Origin: a virus
Taxonomy: Duplodnaviria; Caudoviricetes
Direction: 5' to 3' (one strand)
DNA length: 64,000 bases
IMG/VR virus record: IMGVR_UViG_3300022723_000184
Location: 128,001-192,000 of that record
The translations under genes and the position numbers were made by a program. Below the pieces are notes generated by a model. It was not told the origin of the DNA and ran no database searches. It saw only the letters and a list, made by a program, of their open reading frames with translations. Positions 26,649-35,697 of this stretch are shown piece after piece. How positions within the stretch are numbered: position 1 is the first letter of the stretch; every line of letters begins with the position of its first letter.

Positions 26649-27211
26649 TGGCCAACAACTATTGGGTCTTCAGCACCATGCTCCCGCTCGACAACAACGA
26701 GCAGAAGAATTGGTGGTTGGACCAAATGGAAGAAGTGTATTACACCGAGACCCGGGATGAGCAAGGGAAGCTCACGGAACTCGAACTGGTGGAGTGCGAG
26801 CAAGACGAGGTGCCTGAGCACGATACTGAGGTGCCCCGGATCGTTGGTGAAAGCGCACAGCGCGTTTTGACCGGCAACGGCGACGTCCACGACATCGACC
26901 TGATGGAGGCCCTGGAGTTCGGCCTCGACTTTCAGTGGAAAATGGAACAGGACGGCGACAAGCCGGCGGTCTGGATCTATTCGGACGACGGTGGTAATGC
27001 CTACCACGCGGCCCTGGTGGTCCGTAAGATGTTCCAGCACTTTGAGCTGCCCCGCAGTTGGTGGATGACCTGGGCCACGTACTGCTCTAAGCCCCGTGTG
27101 GACGAGCAGAGCGGTGGCGCCGTCGTCGTGACCCGCGAGGGTATCCATTGCATGGACGCCCAGACCTGGGCCAGGAACAAGGTCAAGGCCAGAGGAGAGT
27201 TCGATGGGTAG
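26648..27211 (+). CDS. hypothetical protein
   Basis: WATYCSKPRVDEQSGGA motif; RBS GAGG. Confidence 0.7.
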   Translation: MANNYWVFSTMLPLDNNEQKNWWLDQMEEVYYTETRDEQGKLTELELVECEQDEVPEHDTEVPRIVGESAQRVLTGNGDVHDIDLMEALEFGLDFQWKMEQDGDKPAVWIYSDDGGNAYHAALVVRKMFQHFELPRSWWMTWATYCSKPRVDEQSGGAVVVTREGIHCMDAQTWARNKVKARGEFDG

Positions 27212-27494
27212 ACTCAAGCCCCGTGGCCTCCCGCCGGAACCGGACGACGACTGGAATGAGCCGGAGCTGAGCTGGGAGGACGCCGCCGAACAGTGCCAAA
27301 CGATCTATGACAAGATCGAGGATGCCAGCCCAGGTCTGTGGGACCGGGCCTACGACTTTTTCGAGAGCATCCAGGAGAAGGTCAAGGACATGAAGGAGTC
27401 GATCGAAAGCCGGCGACGCGCTACGCCCAAGCAGAAGGCTGCGTTGGACAAGATGGAGGCGGGCGTCGATCGGTGGTTGGAAAACGATGAGTGA
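27204..27494 (+). CDS. hypothetical protein
   Basis: ORF overlapping both neighbours. Confidence 0.65.
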   Translation: MGRLKPRGLPPEPDDDWNEPELSWEDAAEQCQTIYDKIEDASPGLWDRAYDFFESIQEKVKDMKESIESRRRATPKQKAALDKMEAGVDRWLENDE

Positions 27495-28008
27495 AAGCAT
27501 CAACAGCCCCCCGTACCCCAGGATGACCGCTACCTCGGCGAGTCTCTATCGGAGGCTTAGCGAGTTGCGGGAGTGGGTGCTGGAGGAAATCGAGATCCTT
27601 CGGGAGGAGATCCCGGATCAGGTGGAGCGGTTGGAGGTCCCAGAGAAAATCCCTCCGACGACCGTGTGGGGTAACGTGAGCGTCGCCGACAAGTTCTCGG
27701 TGCTCACCCATGCACGGCACATCAGGGAGAGCTGGGACCACATCATCCGCGAGCACGAAGACGCGTGGAATTCGGCGTTGGCCCTCAAGAAAAGGGTGAT
27801 GTTGGTGAACAGCGCGATCACAGGTCTGAGCGAGGCGTTCGTCGACCCCGAGACGCGAGAGGCCAAGGAGCAGGAGTACTTCGACAAGACGCGGAAGCGG
27901 ATGAAGATCATCCGCCAGCAGATCGGTCGTGCACTGACACCTGAGGGGCTCTTCGAGGAAGATGACGAGGACAAAGACGATTTTACCGATCTTGGACCCG
28001 TCGGCTAA
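27487..28008 (+). CDS. hypothetical coiled-coil protein
   Basis: ORF, codon bias. Confidence 0.6.
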   Translation: MSESINSPPYPRMTATSASLYRRLSELREWVLEEIEILREEIPDQVERLEVPEKIPPTTVWGNVSVADKFSVLTHARHIRESWDHIIREHEDAWNSALALKKRVMLVNSAITGLSEAFVDPETREAKEQEYFDKTRKRMKIIRQQIGRALTPEGLFEEDDEDKDDFTDLGPVG

Positions 28009-28858
28009 GCAACAGCTGACGCTCCAGGATGCTGTGAAGCTCGGGCTACCGATCGTGCAGTCCCACGGCATCGGTGTGGACAGCACCGCGGTGACCGTGG
28101 GCATGGTGCAGCGAGGCATCCGTCCTGATCACATCCTGTTCGCCGACGTGGGCAACGAACTGCCCGAGACCTACGACTACATTCCGGTGCTCAACGAGTA
28201 TCTGGAAGAGAACGGCTTCCCGCAGGTGCAGGTAGTGAAGTACGTACCTAAGAAGTTCAAGGGCGAGCCGTACGACACGCTGGAGACCGACTGCCTGACC
28301 AAGTCGATGCTCCCGAGCCTGGCCTACGGGTTCAAGGGCTGCAGCAACAAATGGAAGATCGGCCCGCTCGACAAGCAGGTGAAGCAGGTTTACAAGGACC
28401 ACCTCAAGGGCGGCGGCCAGGTGGCCCGGCTGATCGGTTACGACGCGGGCCCCAAGGATTGTGCCCGAGGCACGCACGCCAAGGACTCGAAGCAGTGGCG
28501 GTTCGTCTACCCGCTCCGCGACTGGGGCTGGGACCGCGACGAGTGCCTGCGGCAAATCGAGAAGGCCGGGCTCCCAGAGCCTACGAAGTCGGCCTGTTTC
28601 TTCTGCCCCTCGACCAAGAAAGAGGAGCTGCGGTGGTTGGCGATCACCCATCCTGAGCTTGCCAAGCGGGCCGTTCAGATGGAGGACCGGGCGCAATCCA
28701 CGCTCAAATCGATCGAGGGTCTGTGGCGTAACGGCACCAAAGGCACCAGAAAACCAGAGGCCAAGAAGCCGGGCCGGTGGCGTAAGTACCTGGAACAGGA
28801 AGGCCTGCTGGAGCAGGTTATGATGTGTGGCGAGGAGTTCGACCCCGAGGACTTCTGA
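27962..28858 (+). CDS. PAPS-reductase-family (adenine nucleotide alpha-hydrolase) protein
   Basis: SHGIGVDST PP-loop, FADVGNELPETY, YPL..WGW..C, KSACFFCP. Confidence 0.8.
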   Translation: MTRTKTILPILDPSAKQQLTLQDAVKLGLPIVQSHGIGVDSTAVTVGMVQRGIRPDHILFADVGNELPETYDYIPVLNEYLEENGFPQVQVVKYVPKKFKGEPYDTLETDCLTKSMLPSLAYGFKGCSNKWKIGPLDKQVKQVYKDHLKGGGQVARLIGYDAGPKDCARGTHAKDSKQWRFVYPLRDWGWDRDECLRQIEKAGLPEPTKSACFFCPSTKKEELRWLAITHPELAKRAVQMEDRAQSTLKSIEGLWRNGTKGTRKPEAKKPGRWRKYLEQEGLLEQVMMCGEEFDPEDF

Positions 28859-29021
28859 TCCCCGTAGGCTGGCCAGGGAGGGCCCTGACAGGAGCCAGCT
28901 TTGTGTCGACAACCTAAAGGCCTAACAACACCGATCGTGTGGTCGGTGTTGTCGCGTCCATAGACAGGAGGACCGTGGCCATCAAAACAGCACCCATGTT
29001 AGGAGGCTTGCCTATTGAAGA

Positions 29022-29288
29022 ATGGGCGGGCCGACGGGTGATCTGGCACGGAGCCAAAAAGAGGCGGGAACCCGACTACTGAACTCCCAGTTCGTGGAGG
29101 TGAGCGGAAACCCGAAGCGGGCCGTTATGGCCAACCAGGCCAAATCCGCGTACAACACGGACGGCGGTGAGGAGGCTCGCAGGGAGGTGGGCAAGAACCC
29201 CGAGTGTTTCCCCAGCGTGTTCGCGTTCTACGAGCACCACACGGGCGACAAATACGTGCCCGGAGCGATCCGGGCGATAGGAGGCTAA
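29022..29288 (+). CDS. hypothetical protein
   Basis: ORF. Confidence 0.5.
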   Translation: MGGPTGDLARSQKEAGTRLLNSQFVEVSGNPKRAVMANQAKSAYNTDGGEEARREVGKNPECFPSVFAFYEHHTGDKYVPGAIRAIGG

Positions 29289-29289
29289 G

Positions 29290-29859
29290 TTGAGTACGGA
29301 GCTGCAGGACAACCTGTTGAACCTCCTGATCGACATCGAACGCCAAGACAAGCTCGCCGGCCTCGGCATCCGAGACGGTATGGGCCTGGGCGATGCGATC
29401 GACAGGATGAAGGAGATCGTGTCCGGGCCGCTACCGGTCTGGATCTACGCCGATCTCAGCACCTGCCACATAACCAAAGACGACTCGTACAAGTTCAGCT
29501 CGTGCGCCCAAGACACCAAAGGGCAGACGCCTTGCGTCGTGTACGAGTACGAAGAGGGTTTCTGGGTCTACGTTCCGAGCAAGCAGGAAGATCTGGACGA
29601 TTACATCAAAAACATGCTGGCCTTCGGGTTCAGTACGGCGGCCACGTCGCTCGTGCGGCTGGCCAACAGGCAGAGGCTGGCTTTCATCCGTCTTGACAGT
29701 GACGGCACCATTGTGTCTGACCTGGAGCATTACGAAACAGAGAACTGTGGTTCTGATCCACGCCCCTGCGGGACGTGCCCGGAGTGCAGTGCGACTTGCT
29801 ACAAGACGCCGTCCGGGATCGTTTGCGAGAACGGTCACGGCGGCGTCCTGCCAACTTAG
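29290..29859 (+). CDS. hypothetical protein with C-terminal zinc ribbon
   Basis: CPEC...CENGH. Confidence 0.6.
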   Translation: MSTELQDNLLNLLIDIERQDKLAGLGIRDGMGLGDAIDRMKEIVSGPLPVWIYADLSTCHITKDDSYKFSSCAQDTKGQTPCVVYEYEEGFWVYVPSKQEDLDDYIKNMLAFGFSTAATSLVRLANRQRLAFIRLDSDGTIVSDLEHYETENCGSDPRPCGTCPECSATCYKTPSGIVCENGHGGVLPT

Positions 29860-29868
29860 AGGAAACAC

Positions 29869-30993
29869 ATGGCTAGAAAACCTGTGGCGGTGATGTATGC
29901 CGACGGCCACCTGGCTGACAGGGCATGGTCCTGGCGCCCTATCGAGGGCGACTCGTACCACTCCCTGCACCAGATCATCACCGCAGCCCGCAAACGGGAG
30001 GTGCCGGTCATCGGGGCCGGCGACCTCATCGATAAGCATCGGAACACCGCTCGGCCGATTCACATGCTCCACCGGGAGCTGGATCGGCTGGCGGACAAAG
30101 GCCTGGAGTTCTTTTTTGTCCAAGGTCAACATGAGTTTGATGACGTGCCATGGTTCTCTGCGAACTCGCAGGCCTGCCACATCCACAAGAAAACGATCGA
30201 CGTCGGTCCTTTTAAGGTCTACGGCCTCGACTACCAGCCGGCCGGCCGGCTCCAACAGGAGCTTGACCAGATCCCGGCCGACACTGACATCTTGGTGGCT
30301 CACCAGGTGTGGGATCTGTTCATGGGAGACATTGCCGCCCCGCAGGGAGGCATCCACGACGTGCCCGTGGTCAGCACTGTGTTCACCGGGGACTTTCACG
30401 AGTTCAAAGAGGTCGACACCCGGGGCAAGGACGGCCAGGAGGTTCACGTGGTGAGCCCGGGGTCCGTGTGCATGCAGTCCATCGACGAACCACCCAAAAA
30501 GTACTTTTTGATTTTGCACGACGACGGGACCTTCGAGCGGCGCCGCCTAAATACTCGGCCTATGCTCGATGCTTCGATGTTGCTGACGCAGGACAACATG
30601 GACCACTTCGCCGAGACCATCCAGGGCGAGCTGGAGAAGATGACCGAGGAGGCAGCCGGGTTCAAGATGCCGGAGGAGGTCTGCAAGCCGCTGCTACGGG
30701 TGACGTACTCCTACCGGCTCAAGGACGTCAAACGGCGTGTCATGAATCTGGTGGGCGAGCGGGCCCACATCTTCTGGAAGGAGCTGCCGCCGGAGAAGCC
30801 GGAGGCGCAGGAACGTCGGAAGAAGCGGGTGGTGGGCCAGAAGCACGCCACTACCCTGGACACCAAGCTGGGCCCCTACCTGGAGGCCACGGACCAGAAG
30901 CGGCTGTTGGGGCCGTGTCAGAGGCTGCTGCAGGCCAACGATGTTGGGGCCGAGCTGCAACGTATGAGAGCGGAGGCCCTCGGTGAAGGATGA
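29869..30993 (+). CDS. Mre11/SbcD-like metallophosphoesterase nuclease
   Basis: ADGHL, GDLID, QGQHE, AHQ, GDFH, SPGS motifs; Rad50-like gene nearby. Confidence 0.85.
   Translation: MARKPVAVMYADGHLADRAWSWRPIEGDSYHSLHQIITAARKREVPVIGAGDLIDKHRNTARPIHMLHRELDRLADKGLEFFFVQGQHEFDDVPWFSANSQACHIHKKTIDVGPFKVYGLDYQPAGRLQQELDQIPADTDILVAHQVWDLFMGDIAAPQGGIHDVPVVSTVFTGDFHEFKEVDTRGKDGQEVHVVSPGSVCMQSIDEPPKKYFLILHDDGTFERRRLNTRPMLDASMLLTQDNMDHFAETIQGELEKMTEEAAGFKMPEEVCKPLLRVTYSYRLKDVKRRVMNLVGERAHIFWKELPPEKPEAQERRKKRVVGQKHATTLDTKLGPYLEATDQKRLLGPCQRLLQANDVGAELQRMRAEALGEG
30496..30509. promoter_or_regulatory. AAAAAGTACTTTTT palindrome inside the nuclease CDS
   Basis: exact copy, written with codons atypical for this genome. 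Confidence 0.5.
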
Positions 30994-31645
30994 CGGCATC
31001 GACTACAAGGTCGTGGACCTGGGCACGAAACTGGGCAGCTCGCTGGGCGTGTTCCTCGACAAGGGGAGCATGTACTACGGCAGCCACGTCAAGCAGATCC
31101 AGCCAGGCGAGTGCCTGGGCATCGATCTGAAGGACCAATACCAGCAGGATGTCGAGAAGCGAGGCTTCCAGTTCCGGGCCATGGACGTACTCAAGGACTT
31201 CCAGTATCCGGTGGCCGACTACTACCTGGCCTGGGACTTCCTGGAGCACCTGCCGAGCATCGAGGATTCGAACAATGTGCTCGGCGCGATGATCGATCAC
31301 GCCGTCAAGGGCGTGTGGCTCAAGATGCCCAGCTTCGAGCAGTGCGAGGAGGGCGAGGGCCAGCTCAGGGAGCACGGGCTCAGGTTTACCTGGACCTACT
31401 GGAAAGGGCACCCGTCGCATTACACGCTGGCTGACGCCACACGTGTCATCAGCCGCGTGGCGCCCGGGGCCCGCATCAAGCACAAGCACCAGCGGATCAT
31501 CCTTGATTCGTCGAGTAAGTTCGTCGTGCCAATCGACGCACCGATCGACACGAACGAGTACAAGCCGGAGCACGGGCCCAAGCCTTTCGTCAGGTTCGAC
31601 CCTCCGGTAATCGGCTGTCACGAGCTGATCGTTTACCTGGATTGA
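30983..31645 (+). CDS. class I SAM-dependent methyltransferase-like protein
   Basis: VVDLGTKLG motif I, LGID, AWDFLEHL. Confidence 0.7.
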   Translation: MKDDGIDYKVVDLGTKLGSSLGVFLDKGSMYYGSHVKQIQPGECLGIDLKDQYQQDVEKRGFQFRAMDVLKDFQYPVADYYLAWDFLEHLPSIEDSNNVLGAMIDHAVKGVWLKMPSFEQCEEGEGQLREHGLRFTWTYWKGHPSHYTLADATRVISRVAPGARIKHKHQRIILDSSSKFVVPIDAPIDTNEYKPEHGPKPFVRFDPPVIGCHELIVYLD

Positions 31646-31772
31646 GGTGGCCAGTGCTCAAAGAGAACGGGTTCTACACGCTTCTCAAGAAGACTAACCC
31701 GGAGCTGTGCGATAGCATCGAAGAGATGCGCCAGGTCGTTCGGCAGAAAGAAGCGAGGTCGAGACAAAGGTA

Positions 31773-34016
31773 ATGTGGATCAAGAAAGCAGTCTTCAAGA
31801 ACTTTGGCCGGCACGCGGTATTGGAGCTGGACTTCACCCAGGGCCTGATCGGGATTTTCGGGCCCAACGGGTCCGGCAAGTCCACGATCACCGACGGCAT
31901 CTACGCGGCCCTGACCAACGACTGGTCGCGGTTCGCCGGGGTGAAGACGGACAACATACGTGACACGGCCGACGAGAAAGACGAGTCGAGTGTGTATATC
32001 GAGGCCGAGCACGACGGTGTAGGTTTCAGTCTCCTTCGCAGCTTACGTCCCAACAAGAGCGAGCTGCGGATTGAGGGTCGAGAGAAAGGCATCCACAAGG
32101 CCACAGATATCCAGCACGAGCTGGAGCACAACCTGGGCGTGGATACCAAACTAATCGGTATTTACAGTTTTGTTCGTCAATGGGACATGTTCGCCTTCCT
32201 CAGCCAGACCCCGGGCGACCGGGCTCGCACCTACCAGCACCTGTGCGGTACGGGGAAGGCCGAAGAGATTTACAACGCCGTCGGCAAGATGCTCGACGAC
32301 GAAGAGTTCCCGACCGAGTTGGTGGACAACACCGACGAGATCCGGGCCAGCCTCGCCGCCCACCAGTCCAAGCTCAAGAAGCTGGAGGCGGAGATCGAGG
32401 AGGTCGAGGCCAAGCTGTTATCGGCCGACCAGACCAAGGCGGCCAAGGCCATCGTCCGGCGACGCGAGGAGCACACCAGGCTCAGCGGACTGCTGGAGGG
32501 TTGCCGGGACGCGGTCGCCGAGACCGATGCTGCCCTGACCAAGGCCAAGAAGACCGAGAAGGTCAAGGCCCAGCTGGTCGAAGACCTCAAGGAAGGGGTT
32601 GAGGAACTGCGTTCCGGCGCCGAGGAGGCGAAGACGCAGCTCAGCCAGATCGAGCGGTTCGAGAAGAACCAGGCCAGGCGCGCCGATCTCAAGGGGCGCC
32701 TGGACAAGTTGAAGCTGCCGGAGGAACCGGAGCTACACAAGGACGACGCGCAACTCGATTCGCTGGTGGAGCAACACGCCGAGCTGTTCCGTGAGGAAGA
32801 GAAGCTGCAGGAGCAGTTCGAGACCATGGCCGAGGGCGGGTCGGCGTTGCTCCGGCTCAACATTACGGCTGCGATCGACGACGACGGCACGCGCTTTTCG
32901 ATCCTCAAGGGTAGGGAGCCCATGGACGAGGGCGGCTACACCAAGGACGAAGCCGTCGACGCCGTGCGATCGGAACTGGACGATCTGGAGAGCAAGCTCG
33001 GCGACCCGAGAGAATTGGAGAAGGTCGAGGCGAAGCTGGTCGAGGCGTTCGAGAAGCGTAAGCCGATCACCAAGAAGATCTCCAAGATCCGTGAAGCGCG
33101 CAAGGCCCACGGCGAGTGGAGCCGGGAGCACGAGCGGATCGAGACCAAGATCGAATCCTTGAAGGAACAGCTGGACGCGGTCGAGGAGGTGGATTCGCCC
33201 GGCAACGGTCGGGAGGAGCTGGAGCAGCTGGTCGAGGATTTCAAGACCATCCAGAAGAACCTGGAGTCGGCCAAGGAGGTACACGCCGAGGCCCGCGAGG
33301 ATCTGGCCACGAAGCAGGCCGAAGCCAAGTCGGCGGCCAGCAAGCTCAAGGAGGTTGCCGACGGCCTGGCCGCCAACGAGGTGGACGAGGACGAGTTCAA
33401 GGAGGCCGACGTCAAGCTCGTTCAGCACCACCAGAACGAGCTGACGCTCTCGGCGATCCGGGAGCGGAAGAAGGTGATCGACGAGGAGATAGAGTCGGAC
33501 GAGAAGCAGCTGGAGAGAATGGAAGCACAGCTGGCCCGGCAGCAGAAGGTCATCAAGTTCGGCAAGATGCTGCGGGGCGTCCGCGAGGTCATGCACCGCC
33601 AGCGGCTTCCACAGGTGGTGGCCCAGGAAAACCTTGAGGACATGGAGGAAGATGTCAACGCCGTGCTCGGGAGCTTCGGCGATCCGTTCTGGGTCGAGGC
33701 GACCGCGGACCTCAGCTTCAAGGTGCACTTCCCTGGTGAGCCCACCAAGTCGGCTGACAGGCTATCTGGCGGGCAGAAGGGGGTCCTGGCCGTGGCCTTC
33801 AGATCGGCCGTTTCCTCTCTTTTCAGTGAGGAGGTCGGTATGATGTGCTTGGACGAGCCGAGTGCTGGTCTTGACGGCGACAACGTGGCGCACCTCGGCG
33901 AGGCGCTCGTCAAGTTCGCTTCGCAGGTCCGCGGCAGGAGGCAGATCATCATGATCACCCACTCCGAGGAACTTAAACCTGCGTTTGATCAGGTGATCGA
34001 CATTAAGGGTTCTTGA
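31773..34016 (+). CDS. Rad50/SbcC-like SMC ATPase
   Basis: GPNGSGKST, long coiled coil, LSGGQ signature, LDEPS, ITH. Confidence 0.93.
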   Translation: MWIKKAVFKNFGRHAVLELDFTQGLIGIFGPNGSGKSTITDGIYAALTNDWSRFAGVKTDNIRDTADEKDESSVYIEAEHDGVGFSLLRSLRPNKSELRIEGREKGIHKATDIQHELEHNLGVDTKLIGIYSFVRQWDMFAFLSQTPGDRARTYQHLCGTGKAEEIYNAVGKMLDDEEFPTELVDNTDEIRASLAAHQSKLKKLEAEIEEVEAKLLSADQTKAAKAIVRRREEHTRLSGLLEGCRDAVAETDAALTKAKKTEKVKAQLVEDLKEGVEELRSGAEEAKTQLSQIERFEKNQARRADLKGRLDKLKLPEEPELHKDDAQLDSLVEQHAELFREEEKLQEQFETMAEGGSALLRLNITAAIDDDGTRFSILKGREPMDEGGYTKDEAVDAVRSELDDLESKLGDPRELEKVEAKLVEAFEKRKPITKKISKIREARKAHGEWSREHERIETKIESLKEQLDAVEEVDSPGNGREELEQLVEDFKTIQKNLESAKEVHAEAREDLATKQAEAKSAASKLKEVADGLAANEVDEDEFKEADVKLVQHHQNELTLSAIRERKKVIDEEIESDEKQLERMEAQLARQQKVIKFGKMLRGVREVMHRQRLPQVVAQENLEDMEEDVNAVLGSFGDPFWVEATADLSFKVHFPGEPTKSADRLSGGQKGVLAVAFRSAVSSLFSEEVGMMCLDEPSAGLDGDNVAHLGEALVKFASQVRGRRQIIMITHSEELKPAFDQVIDIKGS

Positions 34017-34939
34017 TGGTCGCAGCTGAACCGGTACTACGCCTACACCAGTCACCAGACGGACGTCTCTGGTTTGGAGACGACCTTCGTGTGGCCTCCG
34101 ATTGCGGGGAGGACGTGAACCGATTCATCTGTGGCCCTGTAATCCGGGGCTACCCCAAGATTCGGTTGCTCGGGACCCCGGGCAACGCGGACCTGATCGA
34201 AAGACTGCACATCCTGCGGAAGAAGGCGGGGCTGCCCACTGATCAAAAGATCCAGGTGGGTAGCCCCGTCATCTGCAGGAACACCGATGACCCGATCGAG
34301 ACGCTCAGAGCCATGTGGCACTGGTCCGTGAACCAGGGCCTCGGCGGTCGGTGGGTCGAGTTGGAGGACAAAGACTTTGCCACGTATTCGCTGATCGCCG
34401 AGCTGCAGCGGACAGGGAACAAGACGAACGAGAAGGTTCGCCAGATCCTCCGGTACCACCCGGCCTGGCCTGCCCTCTCGTTCCTCCCCATCCTGAACAC
34501 CGACGTGGCGTGTCAGCTGGTGGCGACGATCGTCGACCCGAGGTGGTTCATCCACCCGGTTCGACCGAACCGCGCCAACAAACTTTTCAAGTACATGGGC
34601 CTTACACCTAAGAACGTCAGGCACCTGTTGCTGGATGAGGGTGAACCGGACCGGGGCTACTACCGAGCGGCCCTGGTTGTATCGACCTGGATGCACTCAC
34701 CACCGCCTCGACCAGATCTTGGGGACCCCCGAAGCTTCTTGCACAGGATCTTGGGGTCGTTCGACTGTCCAGCCCGAGGCTTTCTTGCGGCCAATAAGAA
34801 GTTCCTACGATTTATGCGAGAAGTATGGCTCCAGGGACTGACACCAGGACGCCGTGTCTTCTGTCCGTCGCTGTTCTTTCGGGAGCGGTACGAGGCAGAG
34901 GCTTACGAAAAGCACCTGACAATGCTATCGCGGAATTGA
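34013..34939 (+). CDS. hypothetical protein with IS110 (Transposase_20)-like C-terminal segment
   Basis: LSFLPILN..VACQLVATIVDPRWF...LFKYMGLTP resembles the IS110 HhH region. Confidence 0.45.
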   Translation: MMVAAEPVLRLHQSPDGRLWFGDDLRVASDCGEDVNRFICGPVIRGYPKIRLLGTPGNADLIERLHILRKKAGLPTDQKIQVGSPVICRNTDDPIETLRAMWHWSVNQGLGGRWVELEDKDFATYSLIAELQRTGNKTNEKVRQILRYHPAWPALSFLPILNTDVACQLVATIVDPRWFIHPVRPNRANKLFKYMGLTPKNVRHLLLDEGEPDRGYYRAALVVSTWMHSPPPRPDLGDPRSFLHRILGSFDCPARGFLAANKKFLRFMREVWLQGLTPGRRVFCPSLFFRERYEAEAYEKHLTMLSRN

Positions 34940-34964
34940 CGCTTTAATCGGCCAAAAGTAAGAT
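34936..34964 (+). promoter_or_regulatory. sigma70-type promoter
   Basis: TTGACG-17 nt-TAAGAT upstream of 34989. Confidence 0.65.
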
Positions 34965-34988
34965 GGCCTGCTGCTGCAGGATGCAAGC

Positions 34989-35525
34989 ATGCGAGAGCTA
35001 ACCGTAAGGATACGGTTCACGAGCCCGAGCCTGGGCAACGTGAGGAAAGAAGGCCCGCCCTGCGACAAATTCATGTTGCCGCGGGCCCCGAACGGCAGGA
35101 TCACGTACCTCGCCGCATGGCACTACGCGAATCTGACTCTCGCAGCGCAGCTTTTGAATCGCCACCACACGGTGGTCAAGGAGATCCTCTGGGACATCTT
35201 CATCGACGGCCTCCCTCCGAGGGGCGAGCGTCAGTGGCACCGCCGCTGGTTCACGAACTCCTCGAACAAGAAGAGGTATGCTGAGCACGAGTGCTTCCCT
35301 GCGGGTCACATCATCGGCATCAACTGTGCGGTGCCGAGCGCCATCACGGACGATGACATGCTGCAGCTCATGGGGGCTGCCGGGCGGTACAAGGGGTTGA
35401 GCCCTTGGAGCCCAAACGAATACGGCCACTTCGAGGTGGTCAGCATCAGGCCTCGGCGGTCACAACCGCGACCGGGGCCGCCGAAAGAGAAGGCGAACTC
35501 GGTGCTTGACAAGCAGAAAACCTGA
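34989..35525 (+). CDS. hypothetical protein, possible RAMP (Cas7-like) fold
   Basis: N-terminal VRIRFTSPSLG and C-terminal AGRYKGLSPW...YGHFEV Gly-rich loop pattern. Confidence 0.45.
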   Translation: MRELTVRIRFTSPSLGNVRKEGPPCDKFMLPRAPNGRITYLAAWHYANLTLAAQLLNRHHTVVKEILWDIFIDGLPPRGERQWHRRWFTNSSNKKRYAEHECFPAGHIIGINCAVPSAITDDDMLQLMGAAGRYKGLSPWSPNEYGHFEVVSIRPRRSQPRPGPPKEKANSVLDKQKT

Positions 35526-35535
35526 GCCAAGAGAA

Positions 35536-35568
35536 AAAGGCCCATCACCTGGTAAGTGATGGGCCTTT
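35536..35568. terminator. hairpin terminator
   Basis: 13-bp stem AAAGGCCCATCAC / GTGATGGGCCTTT. Confidence 0.75.
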
Positions 35569-35697
35569 CGTGCGGTGGTGGCCTTGGTGTGGTCTCGCCC
35601 TGTAGGTTGGCGAGCTGGCATTGTTAATGCCCAAGACCTGTGGTGGTCTTCACATCTTAGCGCCAGCCACCCACCAACGCAAGGAAAGTGGTGCGGC

